Part shown: in pieces, positions 46,824-56,737 of the stretch
Position numbering within the stretch: the stretch's first letter is position 1
How the letters are laid out: each line of letters opens with the position of its first letter
Source of the DNA: an uncultured Sulfolobales archaeon
GTDB lineage: Archaea > Thermoproteota > Thermoprotei_A > Sulfolobales > NBVN01
Assembly (NCBI GenBank): GCA_938017505.1
Contig: CALIKV010000010.1
Coordinates: 76,720 to 140,719, forward strand
DNA: 64,000 nucleotides
Reading direction: 5' to 3'
Program-made: the position numbers and the translations under genes
The notes under the pieces: model-generated
The model's input: only the letters and a program-made list of their open reading frames with translations
What the model was told of the DNA's origin: nothing
Database searches by the model: none

Positions 46824-47792
46824 CTATTTCTTTGTGTGTAGCCAGCATGCCACTCGGTGCTCCCCACCCATTTCAATGGTTGGTGGTTCCTTATGCCTGC
46901 ATATATCCATGACGTAGGGGCACCTAGGGTTAAATCTACAGCCTATCGGGGGTCTCCTGAGGTCGGGAGGGACTCCCGGTATCCACGTTATCTTCCCTTT
47001 ATACCCCAACCTGGGTATGCTTCTCAACAGCCCTTGCGTGTATGGATGCTTCGGGTTATTGAATATCTCCTCGGAAGACCCGAGCTCGACTACCTTACCT
47101 GCATACATTATAGCTACCTTATCGGAGATCTCAGCAATAATGCTTAAGTCATGCGTTATGAATATCATTGAAGTTTTCTCCTCAGTCTTTATCTTCTTCA
47201 GCAAGTTCATTATCTGTGCTTGAATAACCACGTCCAGCGCGGTTGTAGGTTCATCAGCTATTACTAGCTTGGGCTTAAGGAGTAGAGCCATGGCAATCAC
47301 GACCCTCTGCTTCATACCCCCGCTTAACTCGTGAGGATACCTCTTCAGCAACTCTGGGTTAAGCCCTACTTGTACTAACGCCTCTACAGCCGATTTGACC
47401 GCTTCTCTCCGACTGAAACCCTTGTGAAACGTCAGTACCTCAACCAGTTGCTTCTCAACAGTGTAGACGGGGTTAAGCACGTTCATGGCACCCTGGAAAA
47501 CCATGCTTACTTTACTCCATCTAATCCTCCTTAGCTCATCCTCACTCAACTTAGTTACGTCAATGCCGTCAATGAGCACATTGCCCCCCTCGATCCTCCC
47601 CGGAGGCGGGACCAACCCGAGCAATGAATAACCTAAAGTAGACTTACCGCACCCGGACTCGCCTGCAAGACCAAGAACCTCAGCTTCCCCCACAGTAAAT
47701 GAGACCTCGTCAACTGCTCTTACAATGCCAGCCAGTGTACGGTAGTAAACCCTCAGATCCCGTACATCGAGTACAGTTCTCAAAGAACCCAC
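46824..47792 (-). CDS. peptide/nickel-type ABC transporter ATP-binding protein (OppD/DppD-like), orphan copy
   Basis: GESGCGKST, LSGGMKQR, LVIADEPTTALD, and the C-terminal GCRFNPRCPY...ACWLH. Confidence 0.9.
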   Translation of the reverse strand: MGSLRTVLDVRDLRVYYRTLAGIVRAVDEVSFTVGEAEVLGLAGESGCGKSTLGYSLLGLVPPPGRIEGGNVLIDGIDVTKLSEDELRRIRWSKVSMVFQGAMNVLNPVYTVEKQLVEVLTFHKGFSRREAVKSAVEALVQVGLNPELLKRYPHELSGGMKQRVVIAMALLLKPKLVIADEPTTALDVVIQAQIMNLLKKIKTEEKTSMIFITHDLSIIAEISDKVAIMYAGKVVELGSSEEIFNNPKHPYTQGLLRSIPRLGYKGKITWIPGVPPDLRRPPIGCRFNPRCPYVMDICRHKEPPTIEMGGEHRVACWLHTKK

Positions 47793-47856
47793 TACTCACA
47801 CCTAAAGTTCAACGGGTTTAAGCTTTATTAGTCACAAGACCTTAAACTATATTCAG

Positions 47857-47913
47857 ATGATGAGGTGGGCAGCCTAAGACTAAAGTAAGGATGAAGACCA
47901 CGGTTCACTCTGA
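47857..47913 (+). ncRNA. candidate C/D-box sRNA (57 nt)
   Basis: - **Box layout:**
  - C box ATGATGA at 47857-63.
  - A 12-nt guide GGTGGGCAGCCT.
  - A degenerate D' box AAGA.
  - C' box ATGAAGA at 47891-97.
  - An exactly 12-nt guide CCACGGTTCACT.
  - D box CTGA at 47910-13.
- **Promoter:** a TATA-like TTTATTA at 47824-30 places the transcription start about 3 nt before the C box.
- **Location:** the element is intergenic. Confidence 0.55.
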
Positions 47914-48032
47914 GCCTCTACCCTTTATAACTGGGAGACGCGCCCTCCCTTGCCGAGGTGAACGTTTACAAGCTCCTCGTGAAAAGGTAAATCAATGAAG
48001 TCCTTCGTTTAATGCTACGAAAATTGAGGCTT

Positions 48033-48632
48033 CTATAGCATTGACGGTATCTCTCTCACGCACTCCAACTCTCTGAGCCTGCCGAGGATCCCGTAGACCG
48101 CTGTGTTAACTTCGTCCTCGTCCTTAGCCCCGGTGATGACCATCTTGCCACTGCTGAATATCAGCAGAACTACTTTAGGTTCTTCCATCCTGTGTATTAA
48201 ACCTGGGAATTGTTCCGGTTCATACATGACGTTAGGCAACAACAGCGCAGCCTTCTCCAGGTCGACCTCCATGCCCAAGCTCGCCGACGCAACTATGTTC
48301 TGTATCTGAATCCTAGGCTTACCAACTATTATTATGCCGTGTCTGACGAAAGCTCTGATTATCTTCTTAAAACCGTCTATCAGTTGATTCTTGCTCTTAG
48401 CCCCGGTGATGACCATCTTGCCGGAATTAAATATCAACGCGGTCAGCCTTGGCTTACTCAGCCTGTAGATCAAGCCAGGGAATTCCTCAGGGTCATATTC
48501 GACATTTGACACAGTCCTGGCCACCGCGCTTAAGTCTAAGTTCTGATCAAGAGTTGCGGTGGCAACTATATTCTCAACCCTTATGATGGGTTTGATCTCC
48601 ATTTTAAGCACCCAATAATTTAAAATAACCAA
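48033..48632 (-). CDS. tbp: TATA-box-binding protein
   Basis: Two direct repeats: [16 protein letters not shown]...[26 protein letters not shown] and [16 protein letters not shown]...PGLIHRM...[15 protein letters not shown]. The probable start is MEIKP at 48602. Confidence 0.95.
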   Translation of the reverse strand: MVILNYWVLKMEIKPIIRVENIVATATLDQNLDLSAVARTVSNVEYDPEEFPGLIYRLSKPRLTALIFNSGKMVITGAKSKNQLIDGFKKIIRAFVRHGIIIVGKPRIQIQNIVASASLGMEVDLEKAALLLPNVMYEPEQFPGLIHRMEEPKVVLLIFSSGKMVITGAKDEDEVNTAVYGILGRLRELECVREIPSML

Positions 48633-48649
48633 GCTTTTAAATCGGACTC

Positions 48650-49459
48650 CTACGATATATACTCAGCCAGCTCGCTCAATGAGGGCAGCTCAAAGATCCC
48701 CACATCGTCATCGATTATAATCGGTCTAATTCCTTGGATCACGGCTTCATCCCTAAGTATCGGCGATATGAACGTATCCGGGCTTAACGTTATTCTCGAG
48801 CCTGTCTGGTAAGCTCCGGTTGCCGGTAGGGTTACGAAGGTCTTGCCTGAGATCTTCAACTCCCCGACTAGGAAGCAATGAAACTTGCCGAGCCTCCCCA
48901 CGCTATCCCGTAAGGTTATGCTCGGGTGCTCATGCCCTAAAATCAAGTAACTCCACTCACGTCCTGCGTCCCTCGGAAGCACTTTATGCCCGTGAACGAT
49001 CAGGTACTCACCCATCATGAAGAACTCCTCCAACCTGAAATCAAACCTCTTCTTAAGGATTGGGAGGTAGTTGTCGTGGTTCCCCCTGACCACTACAACC
49101 TCCTTCACCCTAGGTGTGACATGCTCTAAGAAGCCGACCAGCTCTCTCCTCTCAACAGGGCTTAAGCCGTTGAAGCTGTGTTTAAGGTCGCCCGCGATAA
49201 CTAACTTGTCAACGGCGAGTTCACTCAGGAGTCCGTCAACTAGCTCGATGGCCCTCTTAAGTTGGAAGCGAGGTATGAAGACGCCCTTAGAAGCCAGCTC
49301 GTCCTCATACCCTATATGTATGTCCGCTATAATCAAAGCTCTATACCTCCTTAAGTAGAGCGCGGGTGAAACGCCTGCTATGTCAGCTCCCTGAATTATC
49401 TCCATCGGCATCATAGATGAAGGTGCTACGAAGTATTTAAAAGCTTGAGCGATGATCAT
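48650..49459 (-). CDS. metallophosphoesterase (ICC-like, COG1407 type)
   Basis: Intact motifs IADIHIG, AGDLKH, VRGNHD and LGHEHP. Confidence 0.8.
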   Translation of the reverse strand: MIIAQAFKYFVAPSSMMPMEIIQGADIAGVSPALYLRRYRALIIADIHIGYEDELASKGVFIPRFQLKRAIELVDGLLSELAVDKLVIAGDLKHSFNGLSPVERRELVGFLEHVTPRVKEVVVVRGNHDNYLPILKKRFDFRLEEFFMMGEYLIVHGHKVLPRDAGREWSYLILGHEHPSITLRDSVGRLGKFHCFLVGELKISGKTFVTLPATGAYQTGSRITLSPDTFISPILRDEAVIQGIRPIIIDDDVGIFELPSLSELAEYIS

Positions 49460-49464
49460 TATTG

Positions 49465-49514
49465 ATGATGAGGCTTACAAGGGTTGATTGAGTGAGAGGA
49501 GAACCCGCGTCTGA
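49465..49514 (+). ncRNA. weaker candidate C/D-box sRNA (50 nt)
   Basis: - **Box layout:**
  - C box ATGATGA at 49465-71.
  - A 12-nt spacer GGCTTACAAGGG.
  - A D'-like TTGA.
  - A poor C' box (GTGAGAG).
  - A 12-nt spacer.
  - D box CTGA at 49511-14.
- **Promoter:** a TATA-like TATTTAAAAG at 49434-43 lies about 25 nt upstream. Confidence 0.3.
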
Positions 49515-49520
49515 ACCCCA

Positions 49521-50225
49521 CTACAGGTAACCACTCAGCTCAATCACCGACCCACTTAATTCCTGGGGGCATTCGCTTAAAATCCTCTTTATCAACCTTA
49601 CAACAACCTCCAGGTTCATCGATTTCTTAAGAACGCCTTCAGGCAACTTCTTAGATGGTACATCAACCCAGCCGAGAGCGATGCCGAAAACCCTAACGTT
49701 AGCGGGCACGTGGTTCTTCGCTTCCCTGACCACTGTGTGGATTGCTGCGGAGGACGCCAGGGTAGGCAATGATGGGGTTAAGCCTTCATAGACCTTAGAA
49801 CCCTTAATGGGGGTTAGGTCTGTAAGCACGATTATTGAGGAGCCTTCCCCCCTCATGAAGGAGGCCAACGCCCTGAGCAGGGTTAGAGGCACTACTACAT
49901 TCAGGTACGTAACTTCCTTGACGAGTTCCTCACTGAGGTCCTGGAACCTGGATTGATCGAAGACAGGCTCCATTATTATAGATGCGTCTAGTGAGTTGGT
50001 TAAAGCGCGCATCTTAGCGACCAGACTTTCAACCCCCTTACCCAGAAAGTCGTGCTTTATTAAGTGAACGTCACTCACCTCCCCCCTAAGAGAGCTTGAG
50101 AGAAGCTTTGCGAGCTCGTCGCATCCTCTATTACACTGAAGAATAAGCTCGTATTCACCGGCCAGTGAAAGGGCAACATGCCTCATCAGCTTACCTGAAG
50201 CCCCCATAATGAATAACTTACGCAT
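49521..50225 (-). CDS. Rossmann-fold NAD(P)-binding protein, SDR-like
   Basis: N-terminal FIMGASGKLMRHVALSL (GxxGxxx-type). 234 aa. No clear YxxxK was recognised. Confidence 0.45.
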   Translation of the reverse strand: MRKLFIMGASGKLMRHVALSLAGEYELILQCNRGCDELAKLLSSSLRGEVSDVHLIKHDFLGKGVESLVAKMRALTNSLDASIIMEPVFDQSRFQDLSEELVKEVTYLNVVVPLTLLRALASFMRGEGSSIIVLTDLTPIKGSKVYEGLTPSLPTLASSAAIHTVVREAKNHVPANVRVFGIALGWVDVPSKKLPEGVLKKSMNLEVVVRLIKRILSECPQELSGSVIELSGYL

Positions 50226-50226
50226 T

Positions 50227-51141
50227 TTAGGACCTCATTAAGAACTTGACTAAGAACAGCCCGTAGACGCATGAGGTTAGGGGGTCAGTCCTTAGGCGTA
50301 GCGAGAACACCTCAGCGTTACGGCTAACAGCCAACGCCTTCACAGGCCTTAACGAGTACTCCTCAACGTCCGTAGTTATTAGGAGCACTCTCCCCACCCT
50401 CTCCACGAGCTTAGGTACAGCCTCAGGCTGGACTAGATGAGCAGTGACTAGATACCCGTATGCGAGCTCCTCCGCAACCCCCCACATAGAGGGGCTGGCG
50501 GTGATGATGAAGGGCCTCCCTAGGAAGGCTTTCAGCTCCTCTAGGACTCCGCTGTAGGACCGTAGGAGTTCCCCAAGCACAGCAACATCAATGGTCTCTA
50601 GCTCGCTCAATATCCTCGATTTACGTACGGAATCCCTCCCAGCCAAGTTGCCCGCCGCAAGTGACGCCACTACATGCGTATCAATCAACCACTCCTGAGT
50701 GTCCAGATCAACTACCTTATTCACCCCTAACCTGTACTTCAGCTCCTCACTAAGGGCTCTCTGAGAGACAACCAGTACTTCGTGGTTAGTCCACGTCAGT
50801 TGGTCGATTAATAAGCTCAGGGTGTGAAGACCTTCGCTCGAGGAATAAACCAGTATTTTCGATTCCCTGCCCTCATCGTAGGGGGCTATATAATACATCA
50901 GGTCCTCAGGACCTACGTACTTAACGTCTTTATCGGTTATGGAGGAGAAAGCTATTGCCGTGTACCTAGCCGGCGACTCATAAGGGTCGCATGTAGTGGT
51001 AATTACTTTACTAGCGTCCTTAATGAAGCCAGCGACCACTGAGGCATGGACTTTTAAGTTGTTAACTCTCTCCTTACTTAACGTACTGGCTAACTCCTCT
51101 ACTAGACCAGAGAGTCCCTTAGACTCGTCTCGCACAAACAC
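50227..51141 (-). CDS. hypothetical protein, possibly double-SIS (sugar isomerase-like) fold
   Basis: 304 aa with two half-length repeats of alpha/beta character (KVITTTCD...ILVYSSSEG and PFIITASPS...VLLITTD). The call is weak. Confidence 0.35.
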   Translation of the reverse strand: MFVRDESKGLSGLVEELASTLSKERVNNLKVHASVVAGFIKDASKVITTTCDPYESPARYTAIAFSSITDKDVKYVGPEDLMYYIAPYDEGRESKILVYSSSEGLHTLSLLIDQLTWTNHEVLVVSQRALSEELKYRLGVNKVVDLDTQEWLIDTHVVASLAAGNLAGRDSVRKSRILSELETIDVAVLGELLRSYSGVLEELKAFLGRPFIITASPSMWGVAEELAYGYLVTAHLVQPEAVPKLVERVGRVLLITTDVEEYSLRPVKALAVSRNAEVFSLRLRTDPLTSCVYGLFLVKFLMRS

Positions 51142-51926
51142 CCCACCCTCTCATCAGGTCCGGGCAACCTAGGTATCAGCTCCGCCAGTATCCTTTTAGC
51201 CTTCTCCACGTTCTCGGACATCACCCTAGCCACCTCCTCAGCGGTGACAGGCTTCTCCGCCCACACATCGTAGTCGGTTACCAGCGCTATTGTAGCGTAA
51301 TGCATTTCAGCTTCCCTGGCCAGGTTAACCTCGGGGACCAAAGTCATGCCAACCACATCGGCCTTAAAGACCTCCTTCCAGACCCTGGACTCAGCTCTGG
51401 AAGAGAATCTCGGACCCTCTATACAGACGTAGGTCCCTCTGGGATGTATCCTCACGTTTAGGGACTGAGCTACCGACGTGATTAAAGTCCTCAACGTCGG
51501 GCAGAAAGGATCAGCCAAGCTCACATGAGCTACGACAGGTCCGTTGAAGAAGCTATACTCCCTCTTCTTGGTCATATCTATGAACTGGTCAGGAACGACC
51601 AGGTCCCCAGGCATGAAGTCCTCCCTAAGTGATCCTACAGCTGACACAGCCACAACCCACTTCGTCCCCAATGACTTAAGAGCCCAGACGTTAGCACGAT
51701 AATTAATTTTGTGGGGAGGTATCTTATGACCCCTGCCATGTCGGGGGATGAAAGCGATGGATCTGCCCTTGTAGGTACCAACCATCACATTATCAGAGGG
51801 ATTCCCATAAGGCGTGTATATTTTAAACTCCTTAACGCTCTCAAACATCCCTGGGTCGTAGAGACCGCTACCGCCGATAATGCCTATCTCGACCTTAGTA
51901 GGAGGCTTAACTAGCACACGAACCAC
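51102..51926 (-). CDS. mtnP: S-methyl-5'-thioadenosine phosphorylase
   Basis: [12 protein letters not shown]...[29 protein letters not shown]...AVGSL...GMT is the canonical MTAP/PNP-family pattern. Confidence 0.92.
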   Translation of the reverse strand: MVRVLVKPPTKVEIGIIGGSGLYDPGMFESVKEFKIYTPYGNPSDNVMVGTYKGRSIAFIPRHGRGHKIPPHKINYRANVWALKSLGTKWVVAVSAVGSLREDFMPGDLVVPDQFIDMTKKREYSFFNGPVVAHVSLADPFCPTLRTLITSVAQSLNVRIHPRGTYVCIEGPRFSSRAESRVWKEVFKADVVGMTLVPEVNLAREAEMHYATIALVTDYDVWAEKPVTAEEVARVMSENVEKAKRILAELIPRLPGPDERVGCLCETSLRDSLV

Positions 51927-52058
51927 CCAAGTATTCTAGTAAGTTAATGTTTAAATAATTCCTCGAGCATTCCCCCTACCTTATAATAACGGATCCTTCA
52001 GAATAAACCCATGCCTATAATTTTAAAGCGTCATCAGCCAACGACCACGCAAGTATTG

Positions 52059-52277
52059 TTAACCGGCATACTCCCTCCTCTTGCGGGCAGTCACCAGCTT
52101 TGTGAATAAGCCGTAAAACCCGAGTACGAGACCGGCTAGCGATATCGCATAAGCGAATATTGAAAGCAGTATGTTCGGTGATATTGTTTGAATTACCATC
52201 AGGAAAGTCAGCACCCACCCCCCTGCAAGTAGGAGGAGGCCGATGGCGATGTAGAGGGATTCATCACTTACTCGCAT
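52059..52277 (-). CDS. small two-TM membrane protein at the 3' end of the opp operon
   Basis: 72 aa with two hydrophobic helices and a basic tail (TARKRREYAG). It overlaps the oppF stop by 14 nt. Confidence 0.5.
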   Translation of the reverse strand: MRVSDESLYIAIGLLLLAGGWVLTFLMVIQTISPNILLSIFAYAISLAGLVLGFYGLFTKLVTARKRREYAG

Positions 52278-53268
52278 AGAGCCAACACTTCACATAGTGT
52301 TCAGACGTTATCTTCGTCATGGGCGGTTCCTGCGTCTTGCAGACTTCCATCACGTGAGGACATCTTGGGTGGAGCCTACAACCACTCGGCGGTCTCATCA
52401 AGTTCGGCGGTTCCCCACGCAAAGTCTCCCTGACTCTAAACCTGTTTGACGGGTCTGGATCTGGTATCACGTTAATTAACGCGGTTGTATACGGGTGTTT
52501 CGGCCTTGCTATTATATCAAGCGCTGGGCCTACCTCTACAATCTGCCCGGCATACATAACTGCTATGCGGTCTGAGAAATACTTCGCCGTCGAGAAGTCG
52601 TGGGTAATATAAACTATCGAGAGGTTGTATTTCCTCTGTAAATCCTTGAAGAGAGTCAACGTTTCGATTCTGACGGAGGCGTCGAGCATTGAGACAGGTT
52701 CGTCAGCTACCACGAGCTTCGGTCTCAGGATTAGTGCTCTTGCTATCGCAACTCTCTGGAGTTGACCGCCGCTGAGCATGTGCGGGTACTTATTAATGAA
52801 GTCCTCAGGCGGTGTTAGCCTGACGTCCTCAAGAGCCTCTATCACTCGTTCTAACCTGGGTTTCTCGTTATACCTATGTATTATGAGAGGTTCCTCAAGG
52901 ATTTTCTTGACGCTCATGAACGAGGGCACGGCCCCGTACGGATCCTGCTGCACCATCCCAGTCTCCCTTCTATACCACTTCAGTCTTCTTTCACTCAACT
53001 TAGTTATATTGGCGTTTTCATAGAGTATCTCACCGCTTGTCAGTCTAACGAGTCTTAAAATGGCCTTACCAAGCGTGGTCTTACCGCAACCGCTCTCGCC
53101 GACTATCGCGTATATCTCCCCTCTCCTCACGGCCACAGACACTCCGTCAACGGCTTTAACGTATCCCGTGATTGTGAGGAGTTTCCTTACAGGATACCAT
53201 ACCTTCAAATCCTTAATCGCCAGGAGCACGTCCTCGCGCACGGTAGTCAAAGTGCTACTTGCCTGCAT
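52264..53268 (-). CDS. oppF: oligopeptide/dipeptide ABC transporter ATP-binding protein OppF/DppF
   Basis: GESGCGKTT, LSGGQLQR, LVVADEPVSMLD, and the C-terminal GCRLHPRCPH...KCWLY. Confidence 0.9.
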   Translation of the reverse strand: MQASSTLTTVREDVLLAIKDLKVWYPVRKLLTITGYVKAVDGVSVAVRRGEIYAIVGESGCGKTTLGKAILRLVRLTSGEILYENANITKLSERRLKWYRRETGMVQQDPYGAVPSFMSVKKILEEPLIIHRYNEKPRLERVIEALEDVRLTPPEDFINKYPHMLSGGQLQRVAIARALILRPKLVVADEPVSMLDASVRIETLTLFKDLQRKYNLSIVYITHDFSTAKYFSDRIAVMYAGQIVEVGPALDIIARPKHPYTTALINVIPDPDPSNRFRVRETLRGEPPNLMRPPSGCRLHPRCPHVMEVCKTQEPPMTKITSEHYVKCWLYASK

Positions 53269-54214
53269 ATAGCCAACACCTCACGTACGAGTTCCGGTTG
53301 AGCTTTATTAGAGGAGGTCTCTCGCCGCAGACAGGCATCGCGAAAGGACACCTCGGTCTGAAACGACATCCTGGAGGCGGGTTTATCAGGCTTGGCGGAG
53401 CTCCTGGGACAAACGTAGGCGCTTTATTCTCATGGAGACGTGGAACGCTTGACAGCAATGCCTTGGCGTACGGGTGGAGCGGTTCAACGTAGACGGTCTC
53501 AGACCGGTTCAGCTCCACGACCTCGCCAGCGTACATCACGGCAACATGATCGGCGATCTCACTTGATATCCCTATGTCGTGCGTGATGAAAATGAAGGAT
53601 ATTCCGGTCTTGCTCCTGAGATCCTTCAGCAGACCCAAGATATTTGCTTGCGTCATTACGTCGAGAGCTGATGTGGGTTCATCCAGTATCACTATGTTAG
53701 GCCTCGTTATTAGGGCAAGCGCTATGACTACCCTCTGCCTCATCCCACCGCTCAATTCGAAAGGATATCGCCATAAGAACTCCTCCGAAAGACCTACTAG
53801 ACCGACCATGTTGCGGGCAGCCTCAATAGCTTCCCCTTTACTAACGCCCTTGTGTAGGACGAGCGGCTCTATTAAGTGATCTACAACCCTGACAACTGGA
53901 TTAAGTGAATTCATGGCTGCCTGTGAAACGTACGAGACCTTAATCCATCTAACCCTCTCGTCAAACTCGCTGTCGCTTAGGTTCATGACGTCAACGCCGT
54001 CGATCACCACGCTTCCCTTATAAACGGCTACGTTCCTCGGTAAGAACCTCAGTATAGCTCTAGCCAGCGAGCTCTTACCACACCCGGACTCACCTATAAC
54101 TGCTAGGCTCTCGCCCTGATCCACAGCGAAAGTGACGTCATCAACGGCCCTGACTATGCCACGCATAGTTCTGAAGTAGAGATGTAGGTTCTTCACTTCC
54201 ATGAGCGCTGGCAT
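53255..54214 (-). CDS. oppD: oligopeptide/dipeptide ABC transporter ATP-binding protein OppD/DppD
   Basis: GESGCGKSS, LSGGMRQR, IVILDEPTSALD, and the C-terminal GCRFRPRCPF...RCWLY. Confidence 0.9.
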   Translation of the reverse strand: MPALMEVKNLHLYFRTMRGIVRAVDDVTFAVDQGESLAVIGESGCGKSSLARAILRFLPRNVAVYKGSVVIDGVDVMNLSDSEFDERVRWIKVSYVSQAAMNSLNPVVRVVDHLIEPLVLHKGVSKGEAIEAARNMVGLVGLSEEFLWRYPFELSGGMRQRVVIALALITRPNIVILDEPTSALDVMTQANILGLLKDLRSKTGISFIFITHDIGISSEIADHVAVMYAGEVVELNRSETVYVEPLHPYAKALLSSVPRLHENKAPTFVPGAPPSLINPPPGCRFRPRCPFAMPVCGERPPLIKLNRNSYVRCWLYAGK

Positions 54215-54216
54215 CT

Positions 54217-55623
54217 TTACATCTCCCTCAGCCTTGGATTGAATATCTTGTCTAGGGTGAAGCCTATGAGCGCGAAGCCCAGCGTCAACAGGACAAGGCA
54301 GAAAGCAGGTTCTAGGATCCAGTGATAGTAACCCCTGTACACAGCACCGCCGCTAAACGCCTCGTCTAATACTTTCCCCCAGGTTATGGCGGTCGGGTCG
54401 CCCACCCCTAATATAGCTAGGGCAGCCTCTAGAAAAACGTATGACGGGACTGACAATATGATGCTGGGAATCGTCGTAGGAAGTATTTTCGGGATCATGT
54501 AACGGAACACGATCCTGAGGTCACTGGCCCCGTAAGCCCTAGTGGCCTCTATGTATGGCATCTCCTTTATTTGAAGGAACATAGCCCTATAGACCTTCAC
54601 ACCGCTGCCGAAGATGCTTAACGCGATCACTATCACGAGCAACGTCCATATAGTGAATCGGTAGAAATACGATATCATCACCACGATCGGGAGGAACGGC
54701 AACACAAGCATTATTTCGTTAACTCTTTGAGTCATGTAATCAACCCACCTACCGTACCACGCGCTCACAGCAGCTATGATCATCTCCAGAAACACTGTGA
54801 CAACCGAAGCGATGATGCCGAAGGCCAACGCGATGGGAGCCCCCCATATAATAGCCAACCACAGATCCCTCCTCTTGTGATCAGTGCCTGCCAAACCGAA
54901 GACCCTCCCGTAAACGTTCAGTTTAATATCTACATCAGTTGCGTTGTTGGGTGATGAGACCACCAATACAACCCTGTATCTCCCCTTTAAAACCTCTCTA
55001 GTGTCAGGTGATAGAATGCTCTTGTCCTCCTTCGCGAATAAAGCGATTTCCGGGCTTATGTCGTAAGCGGGACTCTCTCCAAGCTTCTCCTTGATGTACT
55101 TGGCGTATTGAGCTTGGAACGCCCTATCAGCTGACACCGAGTAATACCTGTATTCACTACTTAACGACTCACGCATTATAGTGAGTTCCGTCCCGTCAGG
55201 CTTAACCCACGTTAACGTTACCAACACCGCTTGCGTGATGTTGCGTGCATAGAACCTCAAAGCTAGTTCTGACGGGAACTCATCGTATTCAAAGCTGAAG
55301 GGTATTTCTATCTTTATATATACACCGCCTCCGAACGGTATCGGTTGCTTTACCTTAATACCTTCAGCCCTGGAGTCTAGCACTATGGTTTCCGGGAGTT
55401 TTTTAGTGAGGAAGTTATTTACCCATGCTGGATACGCTAGCTTCGGGCAATCCTCCCAGTAATCTAAGGTATTCCAAGCCTTAACCGCCTTATCATACGG
55501 CATTGCCACGACGGCGTAGATTGATATGGCTATAAAAACCACGATTATTACCGTCCCAGCCAGCAATGACTTGTAGCGGAACGTGGGTTGCAAAGCAGTT
55601 TTAATCCTGCCTGTCAAGATCAC
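54217..55623 (-). CDS. oppC: oligopeptide ABC transporter permease OppC/DppC with long extracytoplasmic N-terminal insert
   Basis: 468 aa. TM1 is followed by a loop of about 220 aa and then the BPD-transport core with an EAA-like region (EATRAYGASDLRIVFRYMIP). Confidence 0.85.
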   Translation of the reverse strand: MILTGRIKTALQPTFRYKSLLAGTVIIVVFIAISIYAVVAMPYDKAVKAWNTLDYWEDCPKLAYPAWVNNFLTKKLPETIVLDSRAEGIKVKQPIPFGGGVYIKIEIPFSFEYDEFPSELALRFYARNITQAVLVTLTWVKPDGTELTIMRESLSSEYRYYSVSADRAFQAQYAKYIKEKLGESPAYDISPEIALFAKEDKSILSPDTREVLKGRYRVVLVVSSPNNATDVDIKLNVYGRVFGLAGTDHKRRDLWLAIIWGAPIALAFGIIASVVTVFLEMIIAAVSAWYGRWVDYMTQRVNEIMLVLPFLPIVVMISYFYRFTIWTLLVIVIALSIFGSGVKVYRAMFLQIKEMPYIEATRAYGASDLRIVFRYMIPKILPTTIPSIILSVPSYVFLEAALAILGVGDPTAITWGKVLDEAFSGGAVYRGYYHWILEPAFCLVLLTLGFALIGFTLDKIFNPRLREM

Positions 55624-56633
55624 TCACCCACTTTTATTCTAGGGTCTACGAGCGCGTAGACTACGTCGAGAACTATTACGCTGACCCCAAGTAAGTACGC
55701 GAAAATAGTGGCCGTGCCTATTATCACAGGCGCGTCGTTTATACCTATTGCTTCGGCCATGAGAGTGCCCACCCCAGGCCAGTTAAACACCCTCTCAGTT
55801 ACTATAGCGCCCATCCATGATGATATCAAAACAAGCACGAAGTCAGTTATTATGGGGGGGAGAACGGGTCTGAGGACGTACTTTCGCTCTATTATCCTTG
55901 GAGGAACCCCTCTCGCTCTCGCATATTCCACATAATCCTCCATGGAAAACATCAGGAAGAAAGTCCTCATGCGATACGCGCCTATCGGTATGTAGGCAAC
56001 GCTCCAAGAGAGCAACGGCAACACCATGTGCTTTAACACGCTTAACGCGTAGAGCAACGGCTCCTCGGGAGGCGGTGCGTCGACCAGACCACCGTATGGC
56101 AGTACTCCAAACCATGACGCAAAAATTATTATCATGAATATGCCGTAAAACCATCCAGGCATCGATGACAGGGGTGCAAGCGATATGATTGTCTTGTCAA
56201 GCTTACTCCCGTATCTCCTCGATAGTAACAGTCCCAGGAGTAGCTCGCACGCGAATATCAGCACATTCGCGGTGGTGAACAATAGAACCGTTGTTGGCAG
56301 CCTCTCCCCTATTATATCCCACACTCTGTTTGAACCGCTAGAGCTGAACATCTTCATCGCTCTACCTAAGTTCAACGTAAGCGCGTTGTACAAGTAATTG
56401 AAGCTTCTAATTATGAAGTGCTGGTCGAGGCCCATTCTCTTGATCTCCTGCTCTATTATTCTCTCAGCAAGCTTCTTGATCTCCTCTGGAGGGTATCCTT
56501 TGTAAGCAGGGTTAGTGCGAAGGCTCTCATACACGTTGAATCTAAGCTCACTTATTACGATCTCATCCACATAGCCTCCGGCATTGGCGATTACGATGGT
56601 CAGGTATACAGCTACTATGATCGCTAACGCCAC
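55620..56633 (-). CDS. oppB: oligopeptide ABC transporter permease OppB/DppB (start codon uncertain)
   Basis: BPD-transport core with YVEYARARGVPPRIIERKYVLR (EAA loop). About 23 further in-frame, protein-like codons (DALRFGRSKITRIGRYVGFRAAT) lie upstream of the GTG with no canonical start. Confidence 0.85.
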   Translation of the reverse strand: MALAIIVAVYLTIVIANAGGYVDEIVISELRFNVYESLRTNPAYKGYPPEEIKKLAERIIEQEIKRMGLDQHFIIRSFNYLYNALTLNLGRAMKMFSSSGSNRVWDIIGERLPTTVLLFTTANVLIFACELLLGLLLSRRYGSKLDKTIISLAPLSSMPGWFYGIFMIIIFASWFGVLPYGGLVDAPPPEEPLLYALSVLKHMVLPLLSWSVAYIPIGAYRMRTFFLMFSMEDYVEYARARGVPPRIIERKYVLRPVLPPIITDFVLVLISSWMGAIVTERVFNWPGVGTLMAEAIGINDAPVIIGTATIFAYLLGVSVIVLDVVYALVDPRIKVGE

Positions 56634-56730
56634 TGTGGCTGCTCTAAATCCAACGTAACGCCCGATCCTAGTAATCTTACTTCTCCCGAATCGCAGTGCA
56701 TCTCACCCTAAAAAAGTTTCAAGAATCTCC

Positions 56731-56737
56731 TTTTAAA
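56731..56737 (-). promoter_or_regulatory. TATA-like box between SBP gene and oppB
   Basis: The minus strand reads GGTTTAAAAGG, about 30 nt upstream of ATG 56701. Confidence 0.4.
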
